A DNA stretch of 47,088 nucleotides, taken from assembly GCA_048939015.1 (NCBI GenBank), contig JBHLPW010000016.1, positions 33,652-80,739 of the forward strand, given 5' to 3'. Shown here in pieces: positions 34,433-45,800 of the stretch (the stretch's first letter is position 1; the number at the start of each line of letters is the position of its first letter). The notes under the pieces are model-generated. The model had not been told where the DNA came from, did not search any database, and was given only the letters and a program-made list of their open reading frames with translations. The translations under genes were made by a program, and so were the position numbers. Origin of the DNA: Promethearchaeota archaeon. Lineage in GTDB: Archaea; Asgardarchaeota; Lokiarchaeia; Sigyniarchaeales; SOKP01.

Positions 34433-35956
34433 TCAATTTTTAGATTTAGGATTTATTTTTTTACGATATTCAGAATATCGACTTAAAATGCTAAGACATT
34501 TGGTAGGATAATCAAAAAACTCAAAGATCGGAATGTCTTTGGAAATAAATTTTTGATACCATGAATATTTATAGGGAAAAGGACCGACGTAAAATACAGG
34601 AATTGAGAACTTCTTCATTAAACGTTTAATAGGTTTAAATATAGCGGTATCTATAAGTTTTGATAAACCTTTCATTTTTTCGTCAATAATCAGCCCAGAT
34701 TCTTCTATAGTATCCATTACCTCATCAAAGTCAAATACACCATAGACAATAATCATGTCGACTTCACCTGAATTCATTAATAATTTTGGATAATAAAAAA
34801 ACATATTCATGAAATTTGCATGAAAAGTGACATCTATAGGGTTACGTACTGCTGCAGTATGAGGCAATGATTCCTTTATTTTATCCTGTAATTCCTGTGA
34901 AAATTCTGGGACACTCAAGCCATATAATTCAGCGGTCTTAGCCATCATGGACCCTGGACCCCCTGAATCTGTGATTATCCCCAATTTTTTTCCTTTTGGA
35001 AATATATTATATAGTTGAGCTTGAGAAAATGTTCTGAGATAATAAAGAAAATCCATGATCGAATTGGTGGGGAAAATACCTGTTTCTTTAAACACAGCCT
35101 TAAAGATTTTAGTATTTCCTGCAATTGACCCCGTGTGAGAGTTAATTGAACGATCTGATGCTTGGGTTCCTCCTCCATATATAGCTACAATGGGCTTTTT
35201 TGGTGTAATTTGCTTAGCGAGGTTTATAAATTTTTTTCCTCTTTTAATTTCTTCTATATACAAACCAATCGTATCAGTTTGAGGATCATTTAAGAAATAT
35301 TCCAATATATCAACTACATCAATATTTCTCTCATTTCCAACAGAAATCGATTTCCCAATTTTTACGCCCATATTTTTCGCATGCCAGAATATTTGAGCCG
35401 CTATAGTTCCTGATTGGCTAACAATAGAAATTTTACCTCTATCTGGGGGGAGATATGGCCAACCAGTATTAAAATATGCGTTTCCTTTTACAGGAAATCC
35501 GTACCAACCATTATAAACTCCTAAACAATTAGGTCCTATAAATCTCATATTATATTTATTCGCTATAGCATCAATCTCTTTAGATAATTTCTTACCATCA
35601 TCTCCAATTTCTCTAAAACCGGCTGAAGTAATGATTAAACGCTTAATACCTTTTTGACCACACTCTTCCATAACTTTAGGAACAACTTTCGTGGGTAGTA
35701 TGATAAAAGCTAAATCTGGAACTATAGGAATATCAAATATGGACTTATATGCTTTTAATCCTTGAACATTTTCTAATCGAGGATGAATTGGATAAATAGA
35801 ACCATTAAAGCCACCCCCAGCTATGATATTACGAAGTTGCATAGAACCCATTGTAGTTAATGGATTATTATTTGCACCAAAAACACAGATACTCTTTGGA
35901 TTTAGAATTTGTTCTATAAAATTATTTTTTGTGTATTCTGAATTATTTTCACTCAT
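34433..35956 (-). CDS. acdA: ADP-forming acyl-CoA synthetase alpha subunit (paralog 2)
   Basis: CoA-binding domain, GPNCLG, SQSG, SVGNE, phospho-His SHTGS, SGGPG and NPIDV. Confidence 0.88.
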   Translation of the reverse strand: MSENNSEYTKNNFIEQILNPKSICVFGANNNPLTTMGSMQLRNIIAGGGFNGSIYPIHPRLENVQGLKAYKSIFDIPIVPDLAFIILPTKVVPKVMEECGQKGIKRLIITSAGFREIGDDGKKLSKEIDAIANKYNMRFIGPNCLGVYNGWYGFPVKGNAYFNTGWPYLPPDRGKISIVSQSGTIAAQIFWHAKNMGVKIGKSISVGNERNIDVVDILEYFLNDPQTDTIGLYIEEIKRGKKFINLAKQITPKKPIVAIYGGGTQASDRSINSHTGSIAGNTKIFKAVFKETGIFPTNSIMDFLYYLRTFSQAQLYNIFPKGKKLGIITDSGGPGSMMAKTAELYGLSVPEFSQELQDKIKESLPHTAAVRNPIDVTFHANFMNMFFYYPKLLMNSGEVDMIIVYGVFDFDEVMDTIEESGLIIDEKMKGLSKLIDTAIFKPIKRLMKKFSIPVFYVGPFPYKYSWYQKFISKDIPIFEFFDYPTKCLSILSRYSEYRKKINPKSKN

Positions 35957-36053
35957 AATTTAGCCTTAACCAAAATATTAATAATGAAAATTAAAAAAAT
36001 AACAAAAGATTTATGATTAGGATTTGTATGAAATTTGGTTATCTCGAATAAAT

Positions 36054-37565
36054 TCAAATTTCAAATTTAGCCCCAATTTTTTTTCGATAATCAGAATACT
36101 TTACTAATGCTGAGAAACATTTTACTGGCATATCCCATAAATCAAAAATTGGTATATTTGATTTGAGAAATTCTCGAACCCATGAATTAGAATAACCTTG
36201 TGGACCTATATAAAAAACTGGAACACCTTTTTTCTTTACCAACCTTTGAATAGGTTTTAAATATAGCCCCCTCATCATCTCATTAGATACCTCAAATTCA
36301 TCATAACTTTTACCCCCAGATGCTTTAATAATATCTAAAACTTCTTCAAAACCAAATGCAGCATAAATAATTATACCATCAACTTCGCCAGAATTAATCA
36401 TAGCTTTTGGAATTTTAATATAAAGATTATATTGATTGAATTGGAAAGTTAGATCTAGGGGATTATCAATATTTGCAACAGGTGGAACATATGGTTTTAA
36501 TTTATTTTTTAATTCGTCTGAAAATTCTGGTAAAATCAACCCTGATTTTTCAGCAACTTTTGCCATCATCGCACCACATCCTCCTGAATCTGTAATTATA
36601 CCTAACCTATTTCCTTTTGGTATTATATTTTTAGAAAATGCTCTTAGATAATAAAAAAAATCTTTAATTGAATTTGTGGAAATTATTCCTGTTTCCTTAA
36701 ACACACTTTCAAAGATTTTATCATCTCCAGCAATAGCCCCTGTATGTCCCATGATTGAACGAGACGCTGCTACTGTTCCACCAGCATAAATTGCCACAAT
36801 TGGTTTTTTGGGAGTAATTTTCTTTGTTAAGGCTATAAATTCTTTACTTCTCTTAATTTCTTCTATATATAAGCCGATAACATCTGTCTCAGGATCATTT
36901 TTAAGGTATTCTAAAAAATCAATCAAATCAATATCTTCTTCATTTCCAATCGAGAGGGATTTCCCTATTTTAACTCCAATATTATTACAAAACCAAAATA
37001 CATGGGACGCAACTGTACCAGAATGAGCAATAATGGATATATTTCCACGTTTAGGAGTCTCATATATCCACATAGTGTTTAGACATTTATCCTGATATTC
37101 AGGATAGTTATAAAAAGCATTATAGACACCCAAACAATTTGGACCAATATATCTAATATTATATTTTTTTGCAATTTCATGTATTTTTTGAGAAAGATCT
37201 TTCCCCTCAATTCCAAACTCTCGGAATCCTCCTGAAACAATTATAACGTGTTTAACCCCTTTTTCTCCACATTCTTCAAATACATTTAGAACCCTATTAG
37301 GTTTTAAAATGATAAAACCTAAATCTGGTACCTCTGGAAGATCCAGTATTGATTTATATGCTTTTAATCCTTGAATATTATCTAATCTAGGATGTATTGG
37401 GTATATTCTATCTTTTGGAAATCCACCAAAGATAATATTTCGAAGCATCATAGCACCCATATTATCTAAAAATGAATTTGAAGCCCCAAAAACTGCAATA
37501 CTCTCAGGATTTAAAAATGGATATAGGAAATGGTTCCTAACACCAGTATATTTACTTTCAGTCAT
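36054..37565 (-). CDS. acdA: ADP-forming acyl-CoA synthetase alpha subunit (paralog 1)
   Basis: GPNCLG, HSG, SIGNE, phospho-His GHTGA, SGGCG and NPLDL. Confidence 0.88.
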   Translation of the reverse strand: MTESKYTGVRNHFLYPFLNPESIAVFGASNSFLDNMGAMMLRNIIFGGFPKDRIYPIHPRLDNIQGLKAYKSILDLPEVPDLGFIILKPNRVLNVFEECGEKGVKHVIIVSGGFREFGIEGKDLSQKIHEIAKKYNIRYIGPNCLGVYNAFYNYPEYQDKCLNTMWIYETPKRGNISIIAHSGTVASHVFWFCNNIGVKIGKSLSIGNEEDIDLIDFLEYLKNDPETDVIGLYIEEIKRSKEFIALTKKITPKKPIVAIYAGGTVAASRSIMGHTGAIAGDDKIFESVFKETGIISTNSIKDFFYYLRAFSKNIIPKGNRLGIITDSGGCGAMMAKVAEKSGLILPEFSDELKNKLKPYVPPVANIDNPLDLTFQFNQYNLYIKIPKAMINSGEVDGIIIYAAFGFEEVLDIIKASGGKSYDEFEVSNEMMRGLYLKPIQRLVKKKGVPVFYIGPQGYSNSWVREFLKSNIPIFDLWDMPVKCFSALVKYSDYRKKIGAKFEI

Positions 37566-37642
37566 AATAAGTAAAAAATTAAAAGATTAAAGAAGAAAAA
37601 TTAAAAAGCAATTTGAGGTTTTCGATTAGAGAATTTCTACTA

Positions 37643-37855
37643 TTAGAGATCTCTGATTAATTCGATTTCAGCAGAAAATCCTGGAATCATGCCCTCATAT
37701 TCAACAATTCCTTTTTGTTTTAATTTTTTCAGAACTAATCTTACTCCTTCAAATTCATTTTCACATAGAATTTGTAACTCCTTATAATTTACCTTACCAC
37801 CTTTTTCCTTAAGTTTTTTAACAATAAACTGCTCTTCAACTGTTAAATCTGTCAT
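37643..37855 (-). CDS. Small winged-helix protein (70 aa)
   Basis: LTVEEQFIVKKLKEKGG..YKEL...VRLVLKKLKQKGIVEY is a canonical wHTH pattern. Confidence 0.75.
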   Translation of the reverse strand: MTDLTVEEQFIVKKLKEKGGKVNYKELQILCENEFEGVRLVLKKLKQKGIVEYEGMIPGFSAEIELIRDL

Positions 37856-37897
37856 AATATATCATTTTTTATCTTTGTATTAATATCTATTTGAAAT

Positions 37898-38413
37898 TCA
37901 ATTCTTTCCAGTTGAACCAAATCCTCCTAAACCACGTTCAGATTCAGGTAATTCATCAGTTTCAATAAAATTATAATCATACATTTTTGATAGAATTAAT
38001 TGGCAAATTCTCTCACCCTTTTTCAGTGTCACTTCTTTATTAGAAAGATTTATGACAATAGCCATCCATTCATTTCGGTATCCGGCATCAATCGTACCAG
38101 GAGAATTTACAATAGATAGACCATCCCATAAAGCTAAGCCACTTCTCGGAACAACTTTAAAATAATATCCTTTTGGGATAGCTGTTGAAAATCCAAGAGG
38201 ACATCCTATTCTTTCAAGTGATTTCAATGTATACGTATCTGTTTCAACTTCAATCAATTCTTTTTTATTTCCGTCATGTATTATTTTATTAAATCCCATA
38301 ATTCGAGCATCAATACCCGCATCACCAGGTTTAGACTGTTTTGGGATAATAAGCTGTTTTCTTAATTTTTTTATAGGAATTGAAAGTGGTTCATCATTAT
38401 TCTTTTGGGTCAT
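37898..38413 (-). CDS. dut: Trimeric dUTPase
   Basis: Motifs AGID, PRSG, GTIDAGYR, ERICQL and RGLGGFGSTG. Confidence 0.95.
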   Translation of the reverse strand: MTQKNNDEPLSIPIKKLRKQLIIPKQSKPGDAGIDARIMGFNKIIHDGNKKELIEVETDTYTLKSLERIGCPLGFSTAIPKGYYFKVVPRSGLALWDGLSIVNSPGTIDAGYRNEWMAIVINLSNKEVTLKKGERICQLILSKMYDYNFIETDELPESERGLGGFGSTGKN

Positions 38414-38515
38414 ACTTCATCAATTTATATTATTTTCAGTTTTAAAAAACAATTTTTATTAAATAATAGATATTTTGTTAAAATAATTATAACAATATTT
38501 CCTACAGTGAATAAT

Positions 38516-38971
38516 TTGATTATAATTGATAGGTATGATCCAAGAGTGGACAAAGAAGCATTGAAGGAAATCTTTAAAGATTTTATTGAAACCAAATCTT
38601 ATTTCTTTTCTCATTGGGATAGATTTGAAGAGGAATTAAATCGGAGGAGTCTTGATCTTCAGTATCGTAATTCAATGGTTGTAGCAAAAATAGATGGAAA
38701 AATCGTAGGGTTTGGAACTTATACACTATTTCGGGACTATTTAGGTAATGATAGAGTCCTCATTCATCAAGTATTAACAAAAAAAGAAGATTCTTTTAAA
38801 AAAGGAATTGAAGAACAAGTAATTCGAGAGCTTCAATTATATATTAAGAGATCCTTGAAGATTGATAAGGTTTATTTCATTTGTCCAGACGATGATGGGG
38901 CTTTAAGGAGTTTATTTTTAAAATTAAGTATAAAGAAATCAAAATACATCTGGTATGAAAACGAAATATAG
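38516..38971 (+). CDS. GNAT-fold protein (degenerate acetyl-CoA motif)
   Basis: VVAKIDGKIVGFG, LIHQVLT..FKKGIEEQVI and ALRSLFLKLS. Start reassigned to TTG 38516 (GTG 38507 possible). Confidence 0.7.
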   Translation: MIIIDRYDPRVDKEALKEIFKDFIETKSYFFSHWDRFEEELNRRSLDLQYRNSMVVAKIDGKIVGFGTYTLFRDYLGNDRVLIHQVLTKKEDSFKKGIEEQVIRELQLYIKRSLKIDKVYFICPDDDGALRSLFLKLSIKKSKYIWYENEI

Positions 38972-39008
38972 ACCAGAGATTAATCTCTTTTAATCAATTA
39001 TATATACT

Positions 39009-39545
39009 GTGAATAGTTCTATGGAAAGCAACTATAACATTAAACAAATAATTGAAAAAGTAAAATCCTTAAAGAAACAAGAGAATTTTGAAGAAGCCTT
39101 GGAAATTCTAGATGAATTATATAAGAATAATCCCGATTCAGAAGAGGTTAAAAACAATTTAATAGATTTGTTATTTGATTATGGGGGATACCTTAACGAT
39201 TTCTATACTGTAGAATACGAAAAAGCACAAAAATTATTTATGAGAATAACCGAAATGAGTCCAAATCATTATAGAGCTCACTATAATTTAGGTATTGCTT
39301 TTTTCAATTTAAAACAATTAAAAAAAGCTAAAAACTCATTTGAAACTGCATTAAAAATTAAACCAGATTATAAATATTGTTTTTACAATTTAGGTCTGAT
39401 TTATGAAGAAAAAGAATCATATGAAGAAGCTTTAGCTTATTATGAAAAAGCTTTAGATATTGATCCTAATTTCACCTATGCTTTGGCTGCACAATCTCAA
39501 ATCCGGCAGAAGTTAGATGAATTAAAAAGATTGAACTTGAATTGA
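39009..39545 (+). CDS. TPR-repeat protein
   Basis: AHYNLGIAF..AKNSFETALKIKP and CFYNLGLIY..ALAYYEKALDIDP. ATG 39021 is an alternative start. Confidence 0.9.
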   Translation: MNSSMESNYNIKQIIEKVKSLKKQENFEEALEILDELYKNNPDSEEVKNNLIDLLFDYGGYLNDFYTVEYEKAQKLFMRITEMSPNHYRAHYNLGIAFFNLKQLKKAKNSFETALKIKPDYKYCFYNLGLIYEEKESYEEALAYYEKALDIDPNFTYALAAQSQIRQKLDELKRLNLN

Positions 39546-39569
39546 AATTGGAAACTAGATTCTATCTAT

Positions 39570-39698
39570 TTATGATGTTAATTTCCTATGTATAGAATAA
39601 CAGACTATAACAACCACTATAAAAACAATCGCCCCGATTACGTATTGCCATACACGCGGATCTGATAGTAAATCTCCTATAAGGTCTGACTGAAACAT
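39570..39698 (-). CDS. 42-aa single-pass membrane microprotein (not in the ORF track)
   Basis: MFQSDLIGDLLSDPRVWQYVIGAIVFIVVVIVCYSIHRKLTS*, with purine-rich AAGAAAGGG upstream; fills an intergenic gap. Confidence 0.65.
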   Translation of the reverse strand: MFQSDLIGDLLSDPRVWQYVIGAIVFIVVVIVCYSIHRKLTS

Positions 39699-39848
39699 GA
39701 TAACCCTTTCTTGAATATACTAAAGTCTTAATAGAATTCGTGATATTTAAAATTTGACCATCATTATTAGTTGAATTCATTATTTTTTAATTAAATACCA
39801 AAATTAAGGATTTAGAAAAGGAAAAAAAATAAAAAAATATGTTATATT

Positions 39849-40055
39849 TTATCTTTCTAATTGAAAATTTACTTGGACTCTGACCCTGTAAATTAATTTG
39901 TCAATATCTTCCTTTACTTTCACGTCAGATTCAACAATTTGAATATTTCTTATACCTCGCAGTGATTTTTTAGCTTCTTCATAAGCATTTTTTACAGCAT
40001 CAGCCCAGTTCTTTTCACTCGTTGCAACAAGCTGAATTGATTTATATACAGTCAT
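39849..40055 (-). CDS. Dodecin (flavin-binding)
   Basis: VYKSIQLVATSEKNWADAV..A.KSLRGI..YRVRVQVNF. Confidence 0.9.
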   Translation of the reverse strand: MTVYKSIQLVATSEKNWADAVKNAYEEAKKSLRGIRNIQIVESDVKVKEDIDKLIYRVRVQVNFQLER

Positions 40056-40245
40056 TTTGATTTCACTTCCATTTTAATTTCTTTGTAAGTTAATTTGTCA
40101 TTATTTAGTATTTAAACATTTCGCAGAATAACGATAAATCTGAAGAATTTTATTTTAACTTGATTGAAATCTTTTGAAATTGTAAAATGAGATAATACAA
40201 AATAAAAAAAGTAAAAAAAGTAGTAATAAATTTTTTAATAAATTT

Positions 40246-41529
40246 CTAAGCATCCATATTTTCTATTATTGTTGCAACGCCTTGACCTCCACCTACACAT
40301 GCGTTCGCAACACCATACTTAGCTTTCTTATCTTTTAAGATACGAGCAAGAGTACCAGGTAGTCTTATCATTGTTGCTCCTAAAGGATGTCCAATAGCTG
40401 TAGAACCCCCCATGACATTAACCTTTTCTTCAGGAATGTTAAATGATTTCATACAATTAAGAGCTACTATCGTAAAAGCCTCATTAATCTCCCAATAATC
40501 GATATCGTCTGCTTTTAAGCCTGCATAATCTAATGCTTTTTGAGTAGCGGGAACTGGTCCCCTCCCCATAACGGATGGATCTACTGCAGCCCACCCTATA
40601 GATACGATTCTCGCTAAGGGTTCAAGACCTCTCTTTTTCGCTTCTTCTGCTTCCATCATAATACATGTAGTTGCCCCAGCATTAAGAGGTGAAGAATTAC
40701 CAGGAGTAATTACACCATCTTTAGTTCCTTCGCGTTCCTCATATCCTTGTCTGCCACCATTCTTTTTCAAATAGAAAGGTTTTGATAATCTAGGTAATTG
40801 GGCAACTCTTTCTAATGTAGATTTTCTAGCTGCCATATCCCTGTCAACCATTAATGGTTCTTCAATATTTCCTTCAGCATGACCTTCAATAGGGATAATC
40901 TCACCTTTAAACCAACCATTTTCTTGATTATCTACTGTCAAATTATGACTTCTGACTCCAAATTTATCTAAATCCTCTTTTGTGAAAGCAGGTACTTCTT
41001 CCTCATAAAGTTTTTGCGCAGTTTGAATCATATTAATTGTAGTCATCAAATCATATTGTGGTCTATACCACTCGCTTTTTTTATTAATCATTGTTAAGTT
41101 GGGGCGAATCCAATCATTTTGCATTGGAATTCTCGTCATATGTTCGATACCTCCAGCTAAGCAGATTTTACTATTTCCTGTCATAATTTCCATAATGCCT
41201 ACATGCATTCCTGAGCCAGCAGACCCACATTGACGATCTACGAACATAGCAGGAACATGAGCAGGAAAATCTGCTAGAAAGAGAGGTAATCTTCCTCCGT
41301 ATGTCCAGGCTTCATATACCCCCATTGCTGTACCGACAGTAAATTCATCGATTTCATCCTTTTTTATTCCTTTATCAGCAAGTTTTTCATCAAAAAATTT
41401 CATAAGCAATTTAGCTAAGAGCTCATCACCACGAATTTCACCAAAAACATCTCTTTCTGGTTGTTTTGGCCTTGAACGAGAAAACGCAGTCCTGGCATAA
41501 TCAATTAACCAAACTTCCTTTAATTCCAT
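40246..41529 (-). CDS. Acetyl-CoA C-acyltransferase (thiolase)
   Basis: RQCGS (active Cys), GIEHMT, NEAF, GHPLGAT and CVGGGQG. SD GGTGAT. Confidence 0.95.
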   Translation of the reverse strand: MELKEVWLIDYARTAFSRSRPKQPERDVFGEIRGDELLAKLLMKFFDEKLADKGIKKDEIDEFTVGTAMGVYEAWTYGGRLPLFLADFPAHVPAMFVDRQCGSAGSGMHVGIMEIMTGNSKICLAGGIEHMTRIPMQNDWIRPNLTMINKKSEWYRPQYDLMTTINMIQTAQKLYEEEVPAFTKEDLDKFGVRSHNLTVDNQENGWFKGEIIPIEGHAEGNIEEPLMVDRDMAARKSTLERVAQLPRLSKPFYLKKNGGRQGYEEREGTKDGVITPGNSSPLNAGATTCIMMEAEEAKKRGLEPLARIVSIGWAAVDPSVMGRGPVPATQKALDYAGLKADDIDYWEINEAFTIVALNCMKSFNIPEEKVNVMGGSTAIGHPLGATMIRLPGTLARILKDKKAKYGVANACVGGGQGVATIIENMDA

Positions 41530-41736
41530 ATCTTATATCACCAAATTCATGACTAATTTAGTACTTTAAAATCAAATAAAAATTAAATATTACTAATTGG
41601 AAGTTTAAAAAAATATTAAAGTTTTTGATAAATGTGTGTTGTATATTTTTCACTAAAGCTTATCTTTTCAAAAATTAAATATTGCTATTAAGATACTATT
41701 AGAATTATTTTTATGCATAGAAGATTTAAATAAAAT

Positions 41737-42126
41737 ATGCCTAAAATCTCTATAATAGCTGGAAGTACGTCGGATGAAGAAGTTTATAAGAAAGCTGAGA
41801 AAGTTTTGAAAGATAATCAGATAGAATATGACCTTCAAATTCTTTCTGCCCATCGGAATCCAAAAGAATTAGATAATTATATTAGTAATTGTGATTCTTT
41901 AATATATATTGCTGTAGCCGGTCTTTCTGCTGCTTTACCTGGGGTAATTGCTTCAAAAACTAATAAACCTGTGATAGGAGTACCTGTAAGTGCAAAGTTA
42001 AATGGTTTAGATGCTTTACTATCGATAGTCCAAATGCCTCCAGGAGTTCCAGTTGCTTGTGTTGGTATCGATAGAGGAGAAAATGCAGCATACTTAGCGA
42101 TTAGGATTTTAGATCTTTTAGAATAA
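41737..42126 (+). CDS. purE: AIR carboxylase / N5-CAIR mutase PurE
   Basis: [26 protein letters not shown] and [12 protein letters not shown]. Confidence 0.93.
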   Translation: MPKISIIAGSTSDEEVYKKAEKVLKDNQIEYDLQILSAHRNPKELDNYISNCDSLIYIAVAGLSAALPGVIASKTNKPVIGVPVSAKLNGLDALLSIVQMPPGVPVACVGIDRGENAAYLAIRILDLLE

Positions 42127-42136
42127 TGCATATAAA

Positions 42137-42853
42137 GTGATAAATTTGGCAGAAAATCTAATTGAATTAGGAAAAAAAAATGCTGCTATAAAAGCTGTAG
42201 AAGAAAACATTAAAAAAAATATGATAGTTGGTATTGGAAGCGGATCTACCATCGTGTATGCTGTAGAAAGACTAGGAGTGCTAAATAAGGAAAATAATTT
42301 AAATTTGAAATGCATTCCAAGCTCATTTCAGTCTTACCAATTAATAATTCAGAATGGTTTGAATCTAGTGTCTTTAGAACAGTTTCCAGAAATTGATGTA
42401 GATATTGATGGAGCAGATGAAATAGATAAGGATCTTAATTTAATCAAAGGTGGTGGGGGTTGTTTAGTACAGGAGAAAATTCTTGCTTCAAACTCAAATA
42501 AATTCATAATAATAGCAGATTTTAGAAAAAAATCCGAATTTTTAGGAACTAATTGGAAGCAAGGTATTCCTATAGAAGTGATTCCTATGGCTTATTTTCC
42601 AATTATGGAAAAAATAAAAAAACTTGGTGGAAATCCTAAACTTCGAATGGCTAAGTCAAAAAGTGGACCACTGATTACTGACAATGGTAATTTTATTTTA
42701 GATGTGGATTTTGGTAAATTAGATAATCCTAAAGATATTCATAATAAAATTATGTCTCTTCCAGGAGTAGTTGATACAGGTTTATTTATTGGGATGGCAA
42801 ATAAAGCTTACATTGGAAGTAAAGATGGGGATGTTTTAATAATCGGAAAATAA
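42137..42853 (+). CDS. rpiA: Ribose-5-phosphate isomerase A
   Basis: GIGSGST, DGADE, KGGGG..EK and TDNGN. TTG 42146 is an alternative start. Confidence 0.96.
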   Translation: MINLAENLIELGKKNAAIKAVEENIKKNMIVGIGSGSTIVYAVERLGVLNKENNLNLKCIPSSFQSYQLIIQNGLNLVSLEQFPEIDVDIDGADEIDKDLNLIKGGGGCLVQEKILASNSNKFIIIADFRKKSEFLGTNWKQGIPIEVIPMAYFPIMEKIKKLGGNPKLRMAKSKSGPLITDNGNFILDVDFGKLDNPKDIHNKIMSLPGVVDTGLFIGMANKAYIGSKDGDVLIIGK

Positions 42854-42879
42854 TAAGAGAAAAAAATTACTAGATTTAA

Positions 42880-45800
42880 TTAATCATCTTGTTCTTCAAA
42901 CATAAGGGATTCCCCGCAGTGAGGACAGAATTTTTTAGGTGTTTTAATCATTTGTCCACAGAATGGGCAATAAAATTGTCCTAACTGAGATATTGGTTCG
43001 GGTGTTATATATGACTCTTTTTCAGTATCTTCATAAGAAGGACGGTAATATAATTCTTGGTAACTTGGTTGAACTGGAGATACTCTCGGATGTTTTTTCC
43101 TTCGCGCATAGTATATAATCATACTCACGACGCCAATTAGAGCTACTATTGAAACTATGACTATTATTATCATTGAAAAATTTATTGGCGGTTCAGAAAT
43201 TAAGATTGCAATCCAAAAGTCTTCAGCTTCTCCTTCACTGTCATAAACAGTAACCACGAGAATTCCGATATATCCTTCATTAGTTATTGTGTTGAAATTT
43301 GTTTTTGTTGATATTGATTTAATTCCAGAGATTGTGCTATATTGGATTGTATAAGGAATGGTAATTGAACCTTCGAATCTATCTAAGGAACTTTGATAAC
43401 TTAGCTCACTGAATTTATTAGAACTAGGGGAAATTAATATAACATAATTATCTGGGGTTAGAGATCCGATAAATAGATTTACAAAAACTCGCATTTCAGA
43501 ATTAGTATCTTCATAATCAACTGAGTCTTGTACATCTACTACGAAATTAATTTCATCTAATTGTTTTACTGGATAAATATAATTTTCAGCTTCTTTAAAA
43601 GTTGTAGAAGAGGAGCCAGGATAATTAAAAACTGATTGTTCTTCTAAGATCTCTGGGGGGTGATTAATAATCTGAAATGGAACTCTTGGTGAATTTGGAG
43701 TTGAATAATTTGAAAATTGAGGGATAATATAATAAATACCGTATCCAGAAGGATCATTTAATAATGGATCAAACGTCTTTAAATAGATATTTGCATTACT
43801 GTGACTGAATAATAAGTCTTTGACTTCTAATTGTTTTGTGTTATAAAATGAAAAGGGGTAAATCGATAAATAACCTTCTATATCTCCATATGATGGTTTA
43901 TCTAATTCGGTAATTAAATCTAAAGTTTCATTTGGTTCTCTTGATACTGAAGAATTACTTACATATAGAGAAGTTATTTTTGGAATTTTAGCACTATCAA
44001 AATATAGTATTTTTGTGGTTTTATTATAATCTGTTAAACCGACACTTAGACTTACTTTAATAGAATATGGTATATAACTTGGAAATGGTAAAGTAAATGA
44101 ATCATTATAATAGATTCCATCATTTCCATGCGAAACATTTAATATAATTGGTTTAGAGTAAGTTGCATTTTTAATAAATACATTTAAAGAATCATAGTCT
44201 GCTGGAGTTATTGGTATCCCTGATGTTTGATTTTTCAAATAGAGTGAAAGATCAATTCTTTGATTTGAAATGCGATTTTCTTTCAAATATATATTAATAG
44301 AAATATCTTCATGGATCAAGAAATATTCAATAATATTTTTTAACATTAAATAATGATCTTGGATATAATATGTTAATGAATATTTATCAAACATCCAATG
44401 CAAATCTCCAAACGCTAAAAGTCGTCCCTTTCCTTCTAATTGTCCATCATATCGAGCAACTACTGTTTTATTATCTATTGTAGCGAGAGATTCACCACTA
44501 CCAGACGTTGTAAAACTATTGCCATAAAGCCAATAAAATTTGTCTACTCCACTAAAAATACTCACATTATTTAAATTATTTACACTCTGAGAACTTACAC
44601 TTATACTATCTCCTAACCAACTATCATTCATAATATTTTCTTCATTTATTTGAAGATCTGCGCCTAATTGTGCAAATAAATTGTTTATATTTTCAACTGC
44701 CATATCTTGATATCTTGTTCCTAAGAATAAGATATTACCTCCATTTTCAAAATAATTTTTTATATTTTCTATTTCTATTGCACTATACGGTAAAATTGGT
44801 GCTTGTAAAGCGATTATATCATATTGAGCTAATTTTTCTTCAGTTAATATAGAATTATTAAAATCTCGATTATAATCTGGAGTCCAGTATTCCATACTAT
44901 AATCAATTGAAATATTCAATTCAGTAAGATCATCCATTGCATCATAAAATCCTAATTGATTAAAGGAGAATTCTGGAAACCAATCATTTAGACCGTGATA
45001 TGATTCCATTAGTATTTTATACTCAGGTAATCGGATATTTAATGAAATATTAGCAAAATCATAGACATATCCCCCCACTGTAAGATTAATTTGGAAATTT
45101 CTTAAACCAGGAGTAGCATCATTATTAATTTCAATATCAAGTTCTACAAACTCTATACCTGATTCATTAAACACAATATTAGACTTATCTAATGAAATTG
45201 AAACTCCCTGTATATAAGTTGGAATATCGATATCAACTGTTTTGTTTTCACCTGATATTATCGTTAAATTAAATTTTTGGTGATCTCCTGGAAAGTGTAA
45301 TAAATCAAATGGTTTTACAGGAAGATCATCGGGATATATTTTTAGTATGTCATTATAATTAGGAGTTATCTCACTTAAATAATTAAGAGAGGCAGAAACA
45401 TTTATTAATCCTGCCCCAGATTTCAAAATATCATTTTTATTATCAATCTTTCTTGCCCCCTCTAATAAAGCAATTCTGGCGGTTTCTGCTGTAATATTCG
45501 GGTAGGCTTCTAACAATATCGCTAATGCCCCTGAAACAATGGGACAAGCCATACTGGTTCCACTAAGAGGTATATAATCTGCATCTCCAGGAAAATCGAA
45601 ATAATCACCTAAATAACGATATTCATCTGAAAGAACGGAATCTGGCGCTTCTGTTGAAATAATATTAACACCAGGAGCTACAACATCAGGATATCCAATG
45701 TAACTAAATGTAGGACCCCAACTGCTGAAAGAGGCCAAATTATCATTTCTAGCTGTCGCACCTACAGCTATAACATCAATACCAGATGCGGGAGTAGAAC

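Noticed and set aside
38405-38515. N-terminal extension of the GNAT ORF
   Set aside because: Overlaps the divergent dut start and reads through AT-rich promoter DNA.
34433-38971. Split Pat/PatZ-type acetyltransferase (ACD-like domain plus GNAT)
   Set aside because: Both acdA keep the catalytic His, the GNAT is on the other strand separated by two genes, and its acetyl-CoA motif is degenerate.
39586-39780. Tracked 64-aa ORF
   Set aside because: No protein-like features; the overlapping frame 39570..39698 gives a much more convincing TM microprotein.
58-44852. Many 60-110 aa ORFs antisense to or nested in long genes (e.g. 58..252, 3445..3639, 8204..8386, 8936..9172, 9368..9694, 18803..19090, 25369..25605, 28994..29269, 34975..35178, 41877..42131, 44670..44852)
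   Set aside because: Shadow frames of well-supported genes, with no motifs or RBS.
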